64,000 nt of DNA, from positions 18,850 to 82,849 of the forward strand of contig CAWADL010000024.1 in assembly GCA_963780825.1 (NCBI GenBank), in the 5' to 3' direction. The DNA comes from an uncultured Pseudomonadota bacterium. Lineage in GTDB: Bacteria > Pseudomonadota > Alphaproteobacteria > Rhizobiales > Beijerinckiaceae. Positions within the stretch are counted from its first letter, which is position 1. Each line of letters begins with the position of its first letter. Shown here in pieces: positions 1 through 11,159 of this stretch. The notes beneath the pieces are model-generated. The model was not told where the DNA came from and did not search any database. It saw only the letters and a program-made list of their open reading frames with translations. The position numbers and the translations under genes are program-made.

Positions 1-665
1 TCGCTTGTTTGTGGATCGCGCCAGCGGATGACGCCCTTGTCCGCGTCCATGCCGGTCAGCGGAACCTGCATGACCACGCGGGTGACCGGATGGATCGGCA
101 GGAACGGCGAATAGGTCGCCGCGCGCTCCTCGCGAAGCGACGGCAGCATTATCTGCTGGACCTGCTCAAAATGCCGCAGCATGTGCAACAGCGCCGTGTC
201 GAAGCGGCCGGCCTTATAATAATCGGTCGAGGAGGCGAACTCGTAGTCGAAGCCGAATCCATCGAGGAAACGGCGCAGCATCGCGTTGTTGTGCGCGGCG
301 AAACTTTCGTATTCGCCGAACGGGTCGGGAACCTCGGTCAGCGGCTTGCCGAGGTTTTGCAAGACGAGTTCGCGGTTCGGGATATTGTCAGGCGCCTTAC
401 GAAGGCCGTCCATGTCGTCGGAGAAAGCCAGCAGCCGCGTCTTGACGCTATCGTTGGTCAGCACGCGGAAGGCGTGGCGCACCATGGTCGTGCGCGCGAC
501 CTCGCCGAACGTGCCGATATGCGGCAGGCCCGAGGGACCGTAGCCGGTCTCGAACAATACCTCGCTCTGCCCGGTGCGTTCGACGCGCGCAACGAGCTTT
601 CTGGCCTCCTCGAACGGCCAGGCCTTTGACGCCTCGGCTGCAGCGCGAAGCGCGGGGTCGAACAT
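1..665 (-). CDS. lysS: Class I lysyl-tRNA synthetase, N-terminal part (runs off the window edge)
   Basis: Manual minus-strand translation from ATG at 665: [23 protein letters not shown]...[29 protein letters not shown], the HIGH-like motif of class I LysRS. Absent from the ORF track because there is no stop in the window. Confidence 0.93.
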   Translation of the reverse strand, partial: MFDPALRAAAEASKAWPFEEARKLVARVERTGQSEVLFETGYGPSGLPHIGTFGEVARTTMVRHAFRVLTNDSVKTRLLAFSDDMDGLRKAPDNIPNRELVLQNLGKPLTEVPDPFGEYESFAAHNNAMLRRFLDGFGFDYEFASSTDYYKAGRFDTALLHMLRHFEQVQQIMLPSLREERAATYSPFLPIHPVTRVVMQVPLTGMDADKGVIRWRDPQTS

Positions 666-958
666 GAAGTGTCCTTGAAAACCGGAGGGCGCATACGCCG
701 TAGGCCGGCGCATGTCAGTCCTCTGAATAAAAATCAACGCGCCGAAGTCAACCGATTTGGCGCCCGCTGCACCTGGCATAGCGCGCCAGCATCCGATTCC
801 GCCACGCGCTCGCGGCCCATCGACGAACGACCTTGCACACGCTTGTACAGTCAACTAGATGTTAACGTCGTTGACACGTTCGACCACGTTGCCATGTGAA
901 AGCCCACGAGATCGGGGAGGCCACGTCGACGGCTCGGACGTCATCCAGGGAGGGCGCC

Positions 959-1243
959 ATGCGCATGAAAACAGCAATCGTGGCGGTATTGGCGATCATC
1001 GCGGGTTCGATGGCGCTTCCATCGGACGGCTATGCGCAAAACTGTAGAGCGTTGCGTTGGGCCTGCGAAAACAAGGGAGAACTCGGTCTGGAGGGGGCAG
1101 GCACCTGCCGGAGATATCGTGAGGAATGCGGCGGTCACGAACATAACCGATGCGACGAGTTGCGTTATGCTTGCGAGCACAAGGATGAACTGGGTTTGGA
1201 GGGCGCCGGGACCTGCCGGCGCTACAGAGAAACCTGCGGGTAA
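959..1243 (+). CDS. Small secreted Cys-rich tandem-repeat protein
   Basis: GGGAGGG RBS before ATG 959; signal-peptide-like N-terminus (MRMKTAIVAVLAIIAGSMALPSDGYA); two ~30-aa repeats C-x2-LR-x-AC-x2-K-x-ELGLEGAGTCRRYRE-x-CG. Confidence 0.75.
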   Translation: MRMKTAIVAVLAIIAGSMALPSDGYAQNCRALRWACENKGELGLEGAGTCRRYREECGGHEHNRCDELRYACEHKDELGLEGAGTCRRYRETCG

Positions 1244-1370
1244 GCGCTATCGATGCACGCAGGGCTGTCTTTTTCCGCCGTCGTGATGGACGACATTCGG
1301 CGGCCTTCAGGGTAAGGCTGCGGCGCCGCTGACTTCGTCGGCTCGTCGCAGCAGCCTGTCAGGATTGCCC

Positions 1371-2183
1371 ATGATCGACGCGCTCGAACTCAATCGGCTC
1401 AATTGGGACGAACGCGCGATCATCCACGCGCGCGACACCACAGGCGCCTATCAGCTCGATCGCTTCCGCGCCGGCGAGGATGCGCTGCATTCCCTCGAGG
1501 CCGCCGAACTTGGCGACATTGCGGGAATGCGCGTGCTGCATTTGCAGTGCCACATTGGGCGCGACACCCTTTGCCTCGTCCGGCGAGGCGCGATCGCGAC
1601 AGGTCTCGATTTCTCAAGCGCAGCGCTCGACGTGGCGCGGCGGTTGGCGAGCGAGACCGGGTTGAACGCGACGTTTGTGGAAGGCCCTGTCGATCAAGCG
1701 CCCGAGCTGACCCCGGGTCCCTTCGATCTCGTCTTCACCACTTGGGGAACGATCTGCTGGCTGCCGGACATTTTCGCGTGGGCGAAGGTTATAGCCTCGG
1801 TCTTGCGGCCCGGCGGCGAGCTTTATTTTGCCGACGCGCATCCCGGCTTCTTGGCGTTTGAGGAAATCGAAGGCCGAATGGCGCTCACCTATGATTTCCA
1901 GACGCCGGCGGACCGACCGCTGGCGTTCACGGAAGCGACGACCTACACGGGCGATCCGCAGATCATGGTCCATCAGGCGACGCGGAATTGGATTCATTCG
2001 CTCTCTTCGATTTTGGGCGCGCTGATGTCCGCGGGGATGACGATCACTATGTTTCGCGAGCACGAAATTCTGCCCTGGCAGGGTCTGCCGAGCCTCGTAC
2101 CCGGCCCAGAGAGGTTCTGGAAATTGCCTGAAGGTTTTCCGCGCATGCCCCTGGCGTTCTCGCTGCGCGCGAGAAAAAACTGA
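1371..2183 (+). CDS. Class I SAM-dependent methyltransferase
   Basis: VLHLQCHIGRDT motif I variant, GLDFS, FDLVFTTWGTICWLPD, LRPGG. Confidence 0.85.
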   Translation: MIDALELNRLNWDERAIIHARDTTGAYQLDRFRAGEDALHSLEAAELGDIAGMRVLHLQCHIGRDTLCLVRRGAIATGLDFSSAALDVARRLASETGLNATFVEGPVDQAPELTPGPFDLVFTTWGTICWLPDIFAWAKVIASVLRPGGELYFADAHPGFLAFEEIEGRMALTYDFQTPADRPLAFTEATTYTGDPQIMVHQATRNWIHSLSSILGALMSAGMTITMFREHEILPWQGLPSLVPGPERFWKLPEGFPRMPLAFSLRARKN

Positions 2184-2184
2184 C

Positions 2185-3097
2185 ATGCTCGAAGGCCTGC
2201 CGCCGAACAATGCCGCGCATGTGATGCGCTTGACCCTCGACGAGGCGCGCGCCCGCGCCGTCGCTGACCTGATGGTCGAGAGTTTCGAGCCGGCCGAGGC
2301 GGCGTCCACCGCCTTTGAGACCGAGACGCCGTGGCCAGGCGGCGGGAAGGCCTGGGCGGTGGAGGTCTATTTCGGCTTCGAGCCCGACGAGGAGGGCCTG
2401 CGTGAACTCGTAGCCGCCGCTGCGGGGGATGAAGCCGCCGCGGCTGCGGAATTCGGTCTCACAGCCAAGCAGGATTGGGTCGCGAACGCGCTGGCCGGAT
2501 TGAAGCCCGTGCGCGCCGGCCGCTTCGTCGTCCACGGCGCCCACGATCGCGACAAAGTTGGCGCGAGCGATGTCGGTATCGAGATCGAGGCGGGGCTCGC
2601 CTTCGGCACGGGCCATCACGGGACCACGCGCGGCTGCCTGCTCCATCTCGACCGCCTGCTGAAACGCCGCCGCCCCGTGCGCGTGCTCGATGTCGGCTGC
2701 GGCGCTGGCGTGCTGGCGATCGCCGCCGCACGTGTGTTGCGAAGCAAGGTTTGGCTCGGCGACATCGATCCGGTGGCGGTGCAGGTCGCCAACGAAAACG
2801 CGTCGCTCAACGGGGCGCGGGCCTGGACGAAGGCGCTGGTTTCGCGCGGCGTCGAGAACCGGGCGCTGCGCGAGGGGGCGCCTTACGATCTCGTGTTCGC
2901 CAATATCCTCGCCAAACCGCTGCGCTTGCTGGCGCCATCGCTGGCGCGCGTAATGAGCGGCGAGGGCGAGGCGATCGTGTCGGGGCTGCTGCTAGCTGAC
3001 GTTCCCGGCGTGCTCGCGGCTTGGCGCGCGCAGGGGTTTTATCTGAGGGAGCGGATCGACCTGGAAGGGTGGGCGAGCTTGCGGTTAGGCGAGGTGA
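2185..3097 (+). CDS. prmA: 50S ribosomal protein L11 methyltransferase (probable +1 indel just before the stop)
   Basis: AFGTGHHGTT, VLDVGCGAGVLAI, DIDP and ANILA motifs. The ORF track runs to 3315, but removing one base in TTAGGCGAGGTGA gives ...RLAR* at 3095-3097. Confidence 0.85.
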
Positions 3098-3102
3098 CTG
3101 TC

Positions 3103-3186
3103 CTCGTGTCCTTTGTGTCTCCTTTGTGCCTTGGTGGTGAAAGGCTTTCACCACCAAGGCACAAAGGAGACACAAAGAACACAAAG
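3103..3186. repeat. Near-spacerless perfect palindrome (repeat family H)
   Basis: 33-bp arm CTTTGTGTCTCCTTTGTGCCTTGGTGGTGAAAG (3111-3143), 1 nt, then its exact reverse complement (3145-3177); lies between convergent genes. Confidence 0.9.
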
Positions 3187-3194
3187 CAGCCCGG

Positions 3195-4922
3195 TCAGAA
3201 AATCTCCGGCTCCGGCACGGCCGCTCCGAAATCGGTGCGCAGGAAATCCAGGTCGCAGCCCTGGTCCGCCTGCTCGATATGCTGCGAGAACATCCAGCCA
3301 TATCCGCGCTCATAGCGCGGCTTCGGCGGCGTCCAGGCGGCGCGGCGGGCGGCGAGCTCCTCTTCGCTGACCTCCAGATTGAGCGTCCGCGCCGGCACGT
3401 CCAACGAAATCCGGTCGCCCGTTTTCACCAACGCCAGCGGCCCGCCGATATGCGACTCCGGCGAGACATGCAGCACACAGGCGCCGTAAGCCGTGCCGCT
3501 CATCCGCGCATCCGAGATGCGCAGCATATCGCGCACGCCTTGTTTGATCAGCTTTTTCGGGATCGGCAGCGCCCCCCATTCCGGCATGCCCGGACCGCCG
3601 AGCGGCCCCGCCTCGCGCAACACCAGCACATGGTCCGGCGTCACGTCGAGATCCTCACGATCAATCGCCGCCTTCAGCGCCGGATAATTGTCGAACACCA
3701 GCGCCGGCCCCGAGTGCGTCAGCAAATGCGGCGCGGCGGCCGACGGTTTGATCACACAGCCGTTCGGCGCCAGGTTGCCGCGCAGCACCGCCAGCGCGCC
3801 TTCGGCGTAGATCGGCTTGTCGAGCGGGCGGATCACGTCGTCGTTGTAGACTTCGGCGTGCTCCAGCGTCTCCGCCCAGGTCTGTCCGGAGACATTCGTA
3901 AGGCTCAGGTGCAGAAAAGGTTTCAGCCGCGACATCAGCCCGAGCAAACCGCCGGCGTAGTAGAAATCCTCCATCAGATATTTGTCGCCGCTTGGGCGGA
4001 TGTTGGCGAGCACCGGGATTTTGCGGCTCGCCGCGTCGAAATGATCGAGGTCGATCGCCCATCCCGCGCGCCGCGCCATCGCGATGATGTGGATCACGGC
4101 ATTCGTCGAGCAACCCATCGCCATCGCGACGGTGATGGCGTTGTGAAAGGCCCGTTCGGTCTGGATCTTGTCGGGCGTCATCCCCTCGCGCACCATCTCG
4201 ACGATGCGCCGGCCCGACGCCGAGCACATGCGGATGTGATTGGAGTCGGCGGCCAGGATCGACGAAGCGCCCGGCAGCGACATGCCGATCACGTCGGCGA
4301 GCGCCGTCATGGTCGAGGCGGTGCCCATCGTCATGCAGACGCCGTAGGAGCGGGCGATGCCCTCCTCGATCTCCTGCGTATCGCGCTCCGTGACGGTCCC
4401 GGCGCGGCGCTCTTCCCAATATTTGATCGTGTCCGACCCCGAGCCCAGCACGCGGCCCTTCCAATTGCCGCGCAGCATCGGGCCGGCGGGGACGTAGATC
4501 GAAGGAACGCCCGCGCTGGTCGCGCCCAACAGCAGGCCCGGCGTCGTCTTGTCGCAACCGCCCATCAGCACCGCGCCGTCGACCGGATGCGAGCGGATCA
4601 GCTCCTCGGTCTCCATCGCGAGGAAATTGCGGTAGAGCATCGTCGTCGGCTTGACCTCGACCTCGGACAGCGAGATCGCCGGCAATTCGATCGGAAAGCC
4701 GCCCGCCTGCAACACGCCGCGTTTGACGTCTTCGACGCGCGTCTTGAAATGCGCGTGACATTGGTTGATGTCGGACCAGGTGTTGATGATGCCGATGACC
4801 GGGCGGCCCTGATACTCGCTCCTTTCGTAGCCCATCTGCGCCATGCGCGAACGCTGGCCGAAGGAGCGGAAATCGTCGGGATCGAACCAGCGGGTCGAGC
4901 GGGGGTTGGGCTTTGGGGTCAT
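3195..4922 (-). CDS. IlvD/Edd-family dehydratase (L-arabinonate dehydratase-like)
   Basis: GGCDKTTPG, CMTMGTASTM, STNAVIH, GGPGMPEWG and SDARMSGT motifs. Confidence 0.9.
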   Translation of the reverse strand: MTPKPNPRSTRWFDPDDFRSFGQRSRMAQMGYERSEYQGRPVIGIINTWSDINQCHAHFKTRVEDVKRGVLQAGGFPIELPAISLSEVEVKPTTMLYRNFLAMETEELIRSHPVDGAVLMGGCDKTTPGLLLGATSAGVPSIYVPAGPMLRGNWKGRVLGSGSDTIKYWEERRAGTVTERDTQEIEEGIARSYGVCMTMGTASTMTALADVIGMSLPGASSILAADSNHIRMCSASGRRIVEMVREGMTPDKIQTERAFHNAITVAMAMGCSTNAVIHIIAMARRAGWAIDLDHFDAASRKIPVLANIRPSGDKYLMEDFYYAGGLLGLMSRLKPFLHLSLTNVSGQTWAETLEHAEVYNDDVIRPLDKPIYAEGALAVLRGNLAPNGCVIKPSAAAPHLLTHSGPALVFDNYPALKAAIDREDLDVTPDHVLVLREAGPLGGPGMPEWGALPIPKKLIKQGVRDMLRISDARMSGTAYGACVLHVSPESHIGGPLALVKTGDRISLDVPARTLNLEVSEEELAARRAAWTPPKPRYERGYGWMFSQHIEQADQGCDLDFLRTDFGAAVPEPEIF

Positions 4923-4947
4923 CAATTCCTCTCTCCAACCAATCAAT

Positions 4948-5097
4948 CGTCATTGCGAGCGAAGCGAAGCAATCCAGCGCTCTCGGCGATGCTCGGCTGG
5001 GCGCGTTCGCACCGGTGGCGGCTTGAACCTTCTACCCACCCGGCGCCCGAGGAGTCTGGCCCCAGCGCTGGATTGCTTCGCTTCGCTCGCAATGACG
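4948..5097. repeat. REP-like inverted-repeat doublet, family A
   Basis: CGTCATTGCGAGCGAAGCGAAGCAATCCAG ... CTGGATTGCTTCGCTTCGCTCGCAATGACG; also at 21535, 32189 and 42554. Confidence 0.9.
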
Positions 5098-5100
5098 GGG

Positions 5101-6567
5101 TCACCGGAACGGCGGCTCATCAAAACTGCGCAGCTTGCGCGAATGCAGCGCCGCGTCGCTTCGCTGCAGCAACTGCAGCGCCGCGATGCCGATCTGCAGA
5201 TGCTCGCCGATCGCCCGCTCATAGAAGGCATTCGCCGCGCCCGGCAGTTTGATCTCGCCATGCAGCGGCTTGTCGGAAACGCACAGCAGCGTCCCGTAGG
5301 GCACGCGCATGCGGAAACCCTTGCGTCGCGATCGTCGCCGACTCCATGTCGACGGCGATCGCGCGCGACAGATTGAACCGCCGTCGCTCTTGCGTCCAGC
5401 GCAGCTCCCAATTGCGATCGTCGTAGGTGACCACGGTGCCGGTGCGCACCCGCCGCTTCAGCGCCTCGCCCCGATCGCCGGTGACGTTCGCAACCGCTTC
5501 CTGCAACGCGACCTGCACTTCGGCGAGCGCGGGGATCGGCACATCGGGCGGCACGGCTTCGTCGAGGATGTGGTCCTGCCGCAGATAGGCGTGCGCGAGC
5601 ACGTAATCGCCGATCATCTGCGACTGCCGGAGCCCCGCGCAATGCCCGACCATCAACCAGCAATGCGGCCGCAGCACCGCGATATGGTCGGTGATGTTCT
5701 TCGCGTTCGCCGGTCCGACGCCGATATTGACCAGGCTGACGCCGTTCCCGTCCTTGCGCACGACATGATAGGCCGGCATCTGGAAGCGGTGCCAGACGAC
5801 GCCCGCAAGCCGCGCCTCGATCTCCGCGGGCTGGGCGGTGGCGTCGATCGACACGTTGCCCGGCATCACCAGCTTGACCACATCAGGGTCGCTGCGCAGT
5901 TGCTCCAGCCCCCAGCGCACGAACTGATCGACATAGCGATGATAGTTGGTCAGCAGCACCCAGCGCTGCATCTCGCGCCAATCGGAGCCGGTATAGTGCA
6001 CCAGCCGCCGCAGCGAATAGTCGACGCGCGCGGCGTCGAACAGCGCCAGCGGCCGCTCGGCGCCGGGGCGGATTTCGAAATGCCCGTCGGCGATTTCGTC
6101 GCCGATCACCGCGAGCGACGGCGTCGGAAAATGCCGCGCCAGATCGGCGGCGGTGGCGCCGCCGCGCCCGAGTTCGTCGCCGCTCTCGAACACGTAAGGA
6201 TAGGCGATCTCCTGGCCGCCGGTCCCGACTTCCATCTCGGCGCCGAATTCGGAGACCAGTGGCTCGAGTTGCTCCAGCAGATAGGCGCGGAATTCGGCGG
6301 GCTGCGTGACCGTCGTCGAATAGACCCCAGCCGTCGAGAATTTGGCGAAAGCGCGTGCGTTCGACGGCGGCGGTCCCTCGGGGCGATAGGTTACGCGCAG
6401 CCGCGGATAGCGGAACCGCGCCCGCTCGTCCGGCGACGGCGCGACGCCGCTGCGCAGAAACCGCTCGACCGCATTCGCGCAGCGACGACGACGGCGTCGT
6501 CGTAGCGCCTGGCCAGCATGTCGACCGCCTCGGCCGGCGTCGCGGGTTTGTCCACCGTGGCGGTCAA
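5101..6567 (-). CDS. amn: AMP nucleosidase (two apparent frameshifts)
   Basis: TNYHRYVDQF, NIGVGPANAKNITDH, AVDMESATIA and YGTLLCVSDKPLHGEIKLPG spread over ORFs 5219..6997 and 5101..5310; TTG start at 6567 after GAGGAG. Confidence 0.88.
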
Positions 6568-6579
6568 AGGCGGCTCTCC

Positions 6580-6934
6580 TCAGGGTTTGGCGGCGATGCA
6601 GACGATCTCGACCGTGAATTGCGGCGCGGCGAGTTTGGCTTCGACCGTCGCGCGCGCCGGCGTATGCCCCGGCGCGACCCAGGCTTCCCAGGCTGCGTTC
6701 ATCTCGGCGAAGGTCGAGATGTCGGTGAGATAGATCGTCGTCGACAGCAGACTGCGTCTTGTCGGAGCCGGCCTGCGCCAACAGGCCGTCGATGATGCCG
6801 AGAATGTCCCGCGTCTGCTCGGTGACCGAGCCGCCGGCCGCCTTGTTGGCGACCTGACCGGCCAGATAGATCGTATCGCCGTGGACAACCGCGGCCGACA
6901 TGCGCGGTCCGACGCCGATGCGTTGAATGGTCAT
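6580..6934 (-). CDS. RidA/YjgF-family protein (one frameshift)
   Basis: RMSAAVVHGDTIYLAGQV...DISTFAEMNAAWEAWVAPGHTPARATVEAKLA..VEIVCIAA, split across two frames. Confidence 0.85.
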
Positions 6935-6944
6935 GCTGCTCCCC

Positions 6945-7469
6945 TTAGACGAATGCGAACCCGGGCACGGCCCCGAGATAATCGCGCTTGCCGACATCGA
7001 CGCCGGCGTAGCGCAGGAGATCGTAGGCCGTCGTCAGATGGAAATAGTAGTTCGGCAGCACGAAATGCAGCAGATAATTGTCGCCGCGCATCTTGGCTTT
7101 CTGCGGTCCGATGGGAAGCAGGATTTCGCGCTCCGCGCCGGCTTCGAGCGCCGCCTTGTCGATCGTCGCGATGAACGCGAGGGTCTTTTCCATGCGCGCC
7201 TTCAGTTCGTCGAGCGTCTTCTCGGTGTCCTCGAAGCGCGGCGGATCCATCCCGGCGAGCCGCGCCGAGCTGTTCTTGGCCTGATCGCAAAAGCTCTGCA
7301 CTTGGCGCGGGAATGGCATCATGTTCGGGCGAAGCCGCAGGGTCATATAGACGGAAGGATCGAATTTGGACTGCTCGGCGTGCGCGATCGCCTTGTCGAG
7401 GATCAGCGAGAAGGCGGTGATCGTCACCTGGAAGGCGCCAACGCTGGATTGATAGACGGAAAGGCTCAT
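6945..7469 (-). CDS. DUF1993-family protein
   Basis: MSLSVYQ start; LPNYYFHLTTAYDLLRYAGVDVGKRDYLG signature. Confidence 0.85.
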   Translation of the reverse strand: MSLSVYQSSVGAFQVTITAFSLILDKAIAHAEQSKFDPSVYMTLRLRPNMMPFPRQVQSFCDQAKNSSARLAGMDPPRFEDTEKTLDELKARMEKTLAFIATIDKAALEAGAEREILLPIGPQKAKMRGDNYLLHFVLPNYYFHLTTAYDLLRYAGVDVGKRDYLGAVPGFAFV

Positions 7470-7601
7470 GGGGTTCCCTCGCGCGCAACGCGAATCAGGC
7501 CTCGGCCAAGCGCGTTGCCGCCGGCGACCGAGCCGCGCAAGTTGCACATAACGGGGGGTGAATTCAACTTCGTGACGGGAAGCGGAGCGGCGGCTTGAGG
7601 T

Positions 7602-7724
7602 CTCCCTCCCCCCTTGTGGGGGAGGGCCGGGGTGGGGGGTAGCCGCAAGCGCCGCGCTATTCGGATGGCTGCCTCCAAGCCGAACCGCCCCCCTCCCTAA
7701 CCCTCCCCCACAAGGGGGGAGGGA
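7602..7724. repeat. REP-like doublet, family B (stand-alone copy)
   Basis: CTCCCTCCCCCCTTGTGGGGGAGGG...CCCTCCCCCACAAGGGGGGAGGGA; related copies at 23349 and 53255. Confidence 0.88.
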
Positions 7725-7843
7725 ACGCGCTACGTCCTGAAAGCTTGCGATCTCTCCGATCGCCCTCGCTAAAGCGACCGGTTTGGCGCTCGGCATGGCG
7801 CCGACTATGCTTTATCCGGAGCGCATCGCTGAGGGGTCATCGT

Positions 7844-9076
7844 ATGGGCGCGTGGGGGCCGTATGTCTGGGAATGGGGCTCGATCCTGCTCAGATGGCTG
7901 CATGTGACCGCCGCCATCGCCTGGATCGGCGGCTCCTTCTTCTTCATGCATCTCGACGCCTCGCTGCGTAAGCGCGCCCGCATGGCGGAAGGCGTCTCCG
8001 GGATATCCTGGCAGGTGCACGGCGGCGGCTTCTACGAAATGAGCAAATATACGCTCGCCCCGCCGTCGCTGCCCGACGATCTGATCTGGCACAAATGGCA
8101 GTCCTACTGGACCTGGATCTCCGGCTTCACCCTGCTCTGCTGGGTCTATTACGGCCAGTCGAGCTTCTTCCTGATCGACCCCGCCGTGCTGGCGCTGCAG
8201 CCCTGGCAGGCGGCGCTGATCGGGATCGGCTCGTTGATCCTGGGCTGGATCGTCTACGATCTCATCTGCAAATCGCCGATCGCCAAAAACGACGTCACGC
8301 TTGGCGCCGTCGGCTTCGGCTATGTCGTGCTGACGACCTACGTCTATCTCGCTGCTGTTCTCGCCGCGCGGCGCGCTGATCCACACCGGCGCGCTGATGG
8401 CGACGATGATGACCGCCAATGTCGCCATGATCATCATGCCCAATCAGCGCAAGTCGATCGCCCGGCTGGTCGCCGGCGAACAGCCCGATCCGAAATGGGG
8501 CAAGGAGGCCAAGCAGCGTTCGACGCACAACAATTACATCACGCTGCCCGTGCTGTTCATGATGCTGTCGAACCACTATCCCGCGCTCTACGCCAATTCG
8601 CGGACGATTCCGCTGCTGGTCGTCTGCGTCATCGTCGCGGGCGCGCTGATCCGCTATTTCTACAACAACTATCACGCCGATCATTCGGCGCGGGCCGTGG
8701 TGGGCGTGGCTCGCGGCGGCGGCGGCGTTGTGGGGCGCCTTCTGGATCGCGACCTCTGGCTCGCCGGGCGTGCAGCCGGTGCTCGGCATGGACCCGCCGG
8801 TGATCAAAGCCGCGGCGGCGGATGAGCCCAAGGCGCCGACGGACGTCGTCGAGGTTGTCACCACCCGATGTTCGATGTGCCACTCGCCAGAGCCTGCGTG
8901 GGAAGGCATCGGCGAGGCGCCGAAGGGCGTGCTGGCTTGACACGCCCGAACATATCGCCCGCTTCGCGCCCGCGATCCGCATGCAAGCCGTGTTGACCCA
9001 TGCTATGCCGCCGAACAATCTGACGGAGATCACGGGCGAAGAGCGGGCGATTCTCGCGCGCTGGCTCGGCAACTGA
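7844..9076 (+). CDS. puuD: Membrane urate hydroxylase with C-terminal cytochrome c domain (several frameshifts)
   Basis: RWLHVTAAIAWIGGSFFF, WQVHGGGFY, KWQSYWTWISGF, RSTHNNYITLPVLFMMLSNHYP, CSMCH heme motif, HAMPPNNLT. Confidence 0.88.
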
Positions 9077-9086
9077 AAGCTTAGCC

Positions 9087-10325
9087 ATGCTTCTCGACGA
9101 CGCCGGCGCCGCGCGCCGGCTGATGGCGCGACTCGACGCCTTCGCCGCCTTCACCGACGAACCCGGAAAACTCACCCGCCTCTATCTCAGCGCCTTCCTA
9201 TCGCTCCGCCTGCGAGCAATTCGCGCAATGGGCGACGGAAGCCGGCCTGAGCGCGCGAATCGACGCGGTCGGCAACGTGCGCGCCCGCTATGAAGGCAAA
9301 AACCCCAACGCGCCCTCGCTGATGCTCGGCTCGCACATCGACACGGTGCGCGACGCCGGGCGCTACGATGGCAACCTCGGCGCGCTCGCGGCGCTCACTG
9401 TGGTGGAGCAACTCGCGGCGAGCGAAATCCGATTGGAGCATCCGATCGAAGTCGTGGCGTTCGGCGATGAGGAGGGCGTTCGCTTTTCCTCCGCCATGAC
9501 CGGCTCGCGCGCGCTCGCTGGCCAACTATCGGCCACCGCGATGGAGAGCAAAGACCGAGACGGCATTACCTTAGCGCAAGCGTTGACCACGTTTGGCGGC
9601 GACCCGGAGCGGGCTTACGCGGCCCCCGCACGTGGCGTCGGCGCCTTCGCCGAGTTGCACATCGAGCAAGGGCCGGTGCTGGAGGCCAAGAATCTGGCGC
9701 TCGGCGTGGTGGCGGCGATCAACGGCGCGACGCGCATGCTGGTGACGGTGACCGGCCTCGCAGGCCATGCCGGCTGCGTGCCGATGGACCTGCGCCGCGA
9801 CGCCGTCGCCGCAGCGGCGGAAATGATTCTCGCCATCGAAGCGCGCGCTAAAGCCGAGCCCGACCTGGTCGCGACCGTCGGGCGGCTCGAAGTCGAGCCC
9901 GGCGCGGTCAACGTCATTCCCGGTCTCGCCCGCTTCTCGCTCGACATCAGAAGCCCCCGCGACGAGTGGCGCCGCCGCGCGGTCAGCGACATTCATGCGC
10001 GGTTGATGGAGATCGCCGAGCGCCGCCACGTCGCAGACGGTGATGCAGCCCATTCACGAGGCGCCGGCTTACGTCTGCGACGCGCGCATTGTCGACAGGC
10101 TTCGACCGCGCGCTTCAGGCGCTCGGCCTGCCGGCCTTCCATCTGCCCTCGGGAGCGGGACACGACACGATGGTGATGGGCCAGATGGTCCCCGCCGGCA
10201 TGCTGTTCGTGCGCTGCAAGGGCGGCGTCAGCCACAATCCCGCCGAGTCGATCACGGGGGAGGATTGCGAGTTGGCGCTGAAGGCGCTGACGGCGTTTGC
10301 GTGCGAGTTCCGGGCCGGCGCCTGA
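9087..10325 (+). CDS. Allantoate amidohydrolase / M20 Zn-dependent hydrolase (frameshifted)
   Basis: GSHIDTV..GRYDG, DEEG, ELHIEQGPVL, GHAG, SGAGHD and SHNPAE motifs; follows puuD. Confidence 0.85.
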
Positions 10326-10438
10326 AGCTTGCGCGGCGCTGCCGAGGACACGCTGCGACCCCGAACCCGTCAAGCATTTGCCGCTTTGTCTGTCGCTAGG
10401 TCAAACGTCAGTTTTGCCAGCGATTCGGGGGAAGAACG

Positions 10439-11068
10439 ATGCGATCAATGAATAACGGGTGGCGGGCGGTCGCTTTGGGCGCCACGCTTTCCCTTGGGTT
10501 AGGCGCGAGCTGCGCAATGGCGCAGGATGTCCCGCCAGGGTGTATCTCCACCGGTAATCCCAACGGCGCCGCGGCAGGCGCGCTGCTCGGCGGCGTCGCC
10601 GGGGCGCTGCTCGGCAACGCCGCTTCCGGTCGCCACAAGGCGGGCGGCACGATCTTCGGGGGCGTCGCGGGCGCCGCGGCCGGCGCGGCGATCGGCGGAA
10701 GCACGGGCGGCGGCGTACGCTGCCCCGACGGCTATGCCTATCGCGCCGTCGCGCCGCCGGACGACGGCGGCCCTATCCCGGTCGCGCGCGAGGATTTTTG
10801 GTACGATGCGCCGGTTAGCCTGCGTGAGCGCATCGTCTTCCTGCGCCATCGCATCGAGAGGCTGGACCGTGACGGCTGGCTCTCGCCGCGCGAGACCCAG
10901 GGGTTGTTCCGCCGGGTGTCCGACATTACGCATCAGGAGGCTAACATCCGGGATCGCAACGACGGCGACCTGCCGCCCGATGCGCGCGCGCAGATCAGCG
11001 ACGAACTGGCGGACGTCGCCCACCGGTTGCGCTGGAAGGAATATCGCAGCGAACACGCGCAGGAGTGA
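10439..11068 (+). CDS. Secreted glycine-zipper protein
   Basis: Signal-peptide-like start; GAAAGALLGGVAGALLG...GGVAGAAAGAAIG. Confidence 0.7.
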   Translation: MRSMNNGWRAVALGATLSLGLGASCAMAQDVPPGCISTGNPNGAAAGALLGGVAGALLGNAASGRHKAGGTIFGGVAGAAAGAAIGGSTGGGVRCPDGYAYRAVAPPDDGGPIPVAREDFWYDAPVSLRERIVFLRHRIERLDRDGWLSPRETQGLFRRVSDITHQEANIRDRNDGDLPPDARAQISDELADVAHRLRWKEYRSEHAQE

Positions 11069-11097
11069 TTTCGCGACGCGAGCACAAGCCGGTGAGT

Positions 11098-11159
11098 GGA
11101 GCGTCGGCCTCCAGGCCGACGTGCTGGCCCCATCACGTCGGCGTGGACGCCGACGCTCC
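11098..11159. repeat. REP-like doublet, family C
   Basis: GGAGCGTCGGCCTCCAGGCCGAC...GTCGGCGTGGACGCCGACGCTCC. Confidence 0.88.

Noticed and set aside
3098-3315. PrmA C-terminal extension reading through the palindrome into the convergent gene
   Set aside because: Removing one base gives a normal stop at 3095-3097, and one-base insertions are the commonest defect in this window.
3279-5252. Long antisense ORFs (also 50280-52157 and 58107-59156)
   Set aside because: Shadow ORFs of GC-rich genes on the opposite strand.
5219-6997. Apparent RidA-AMP nucleosidase fusion (592-aa ORF)
   Set aside because: Produced by frameshifts; each gene has its own RBS, start and stop.
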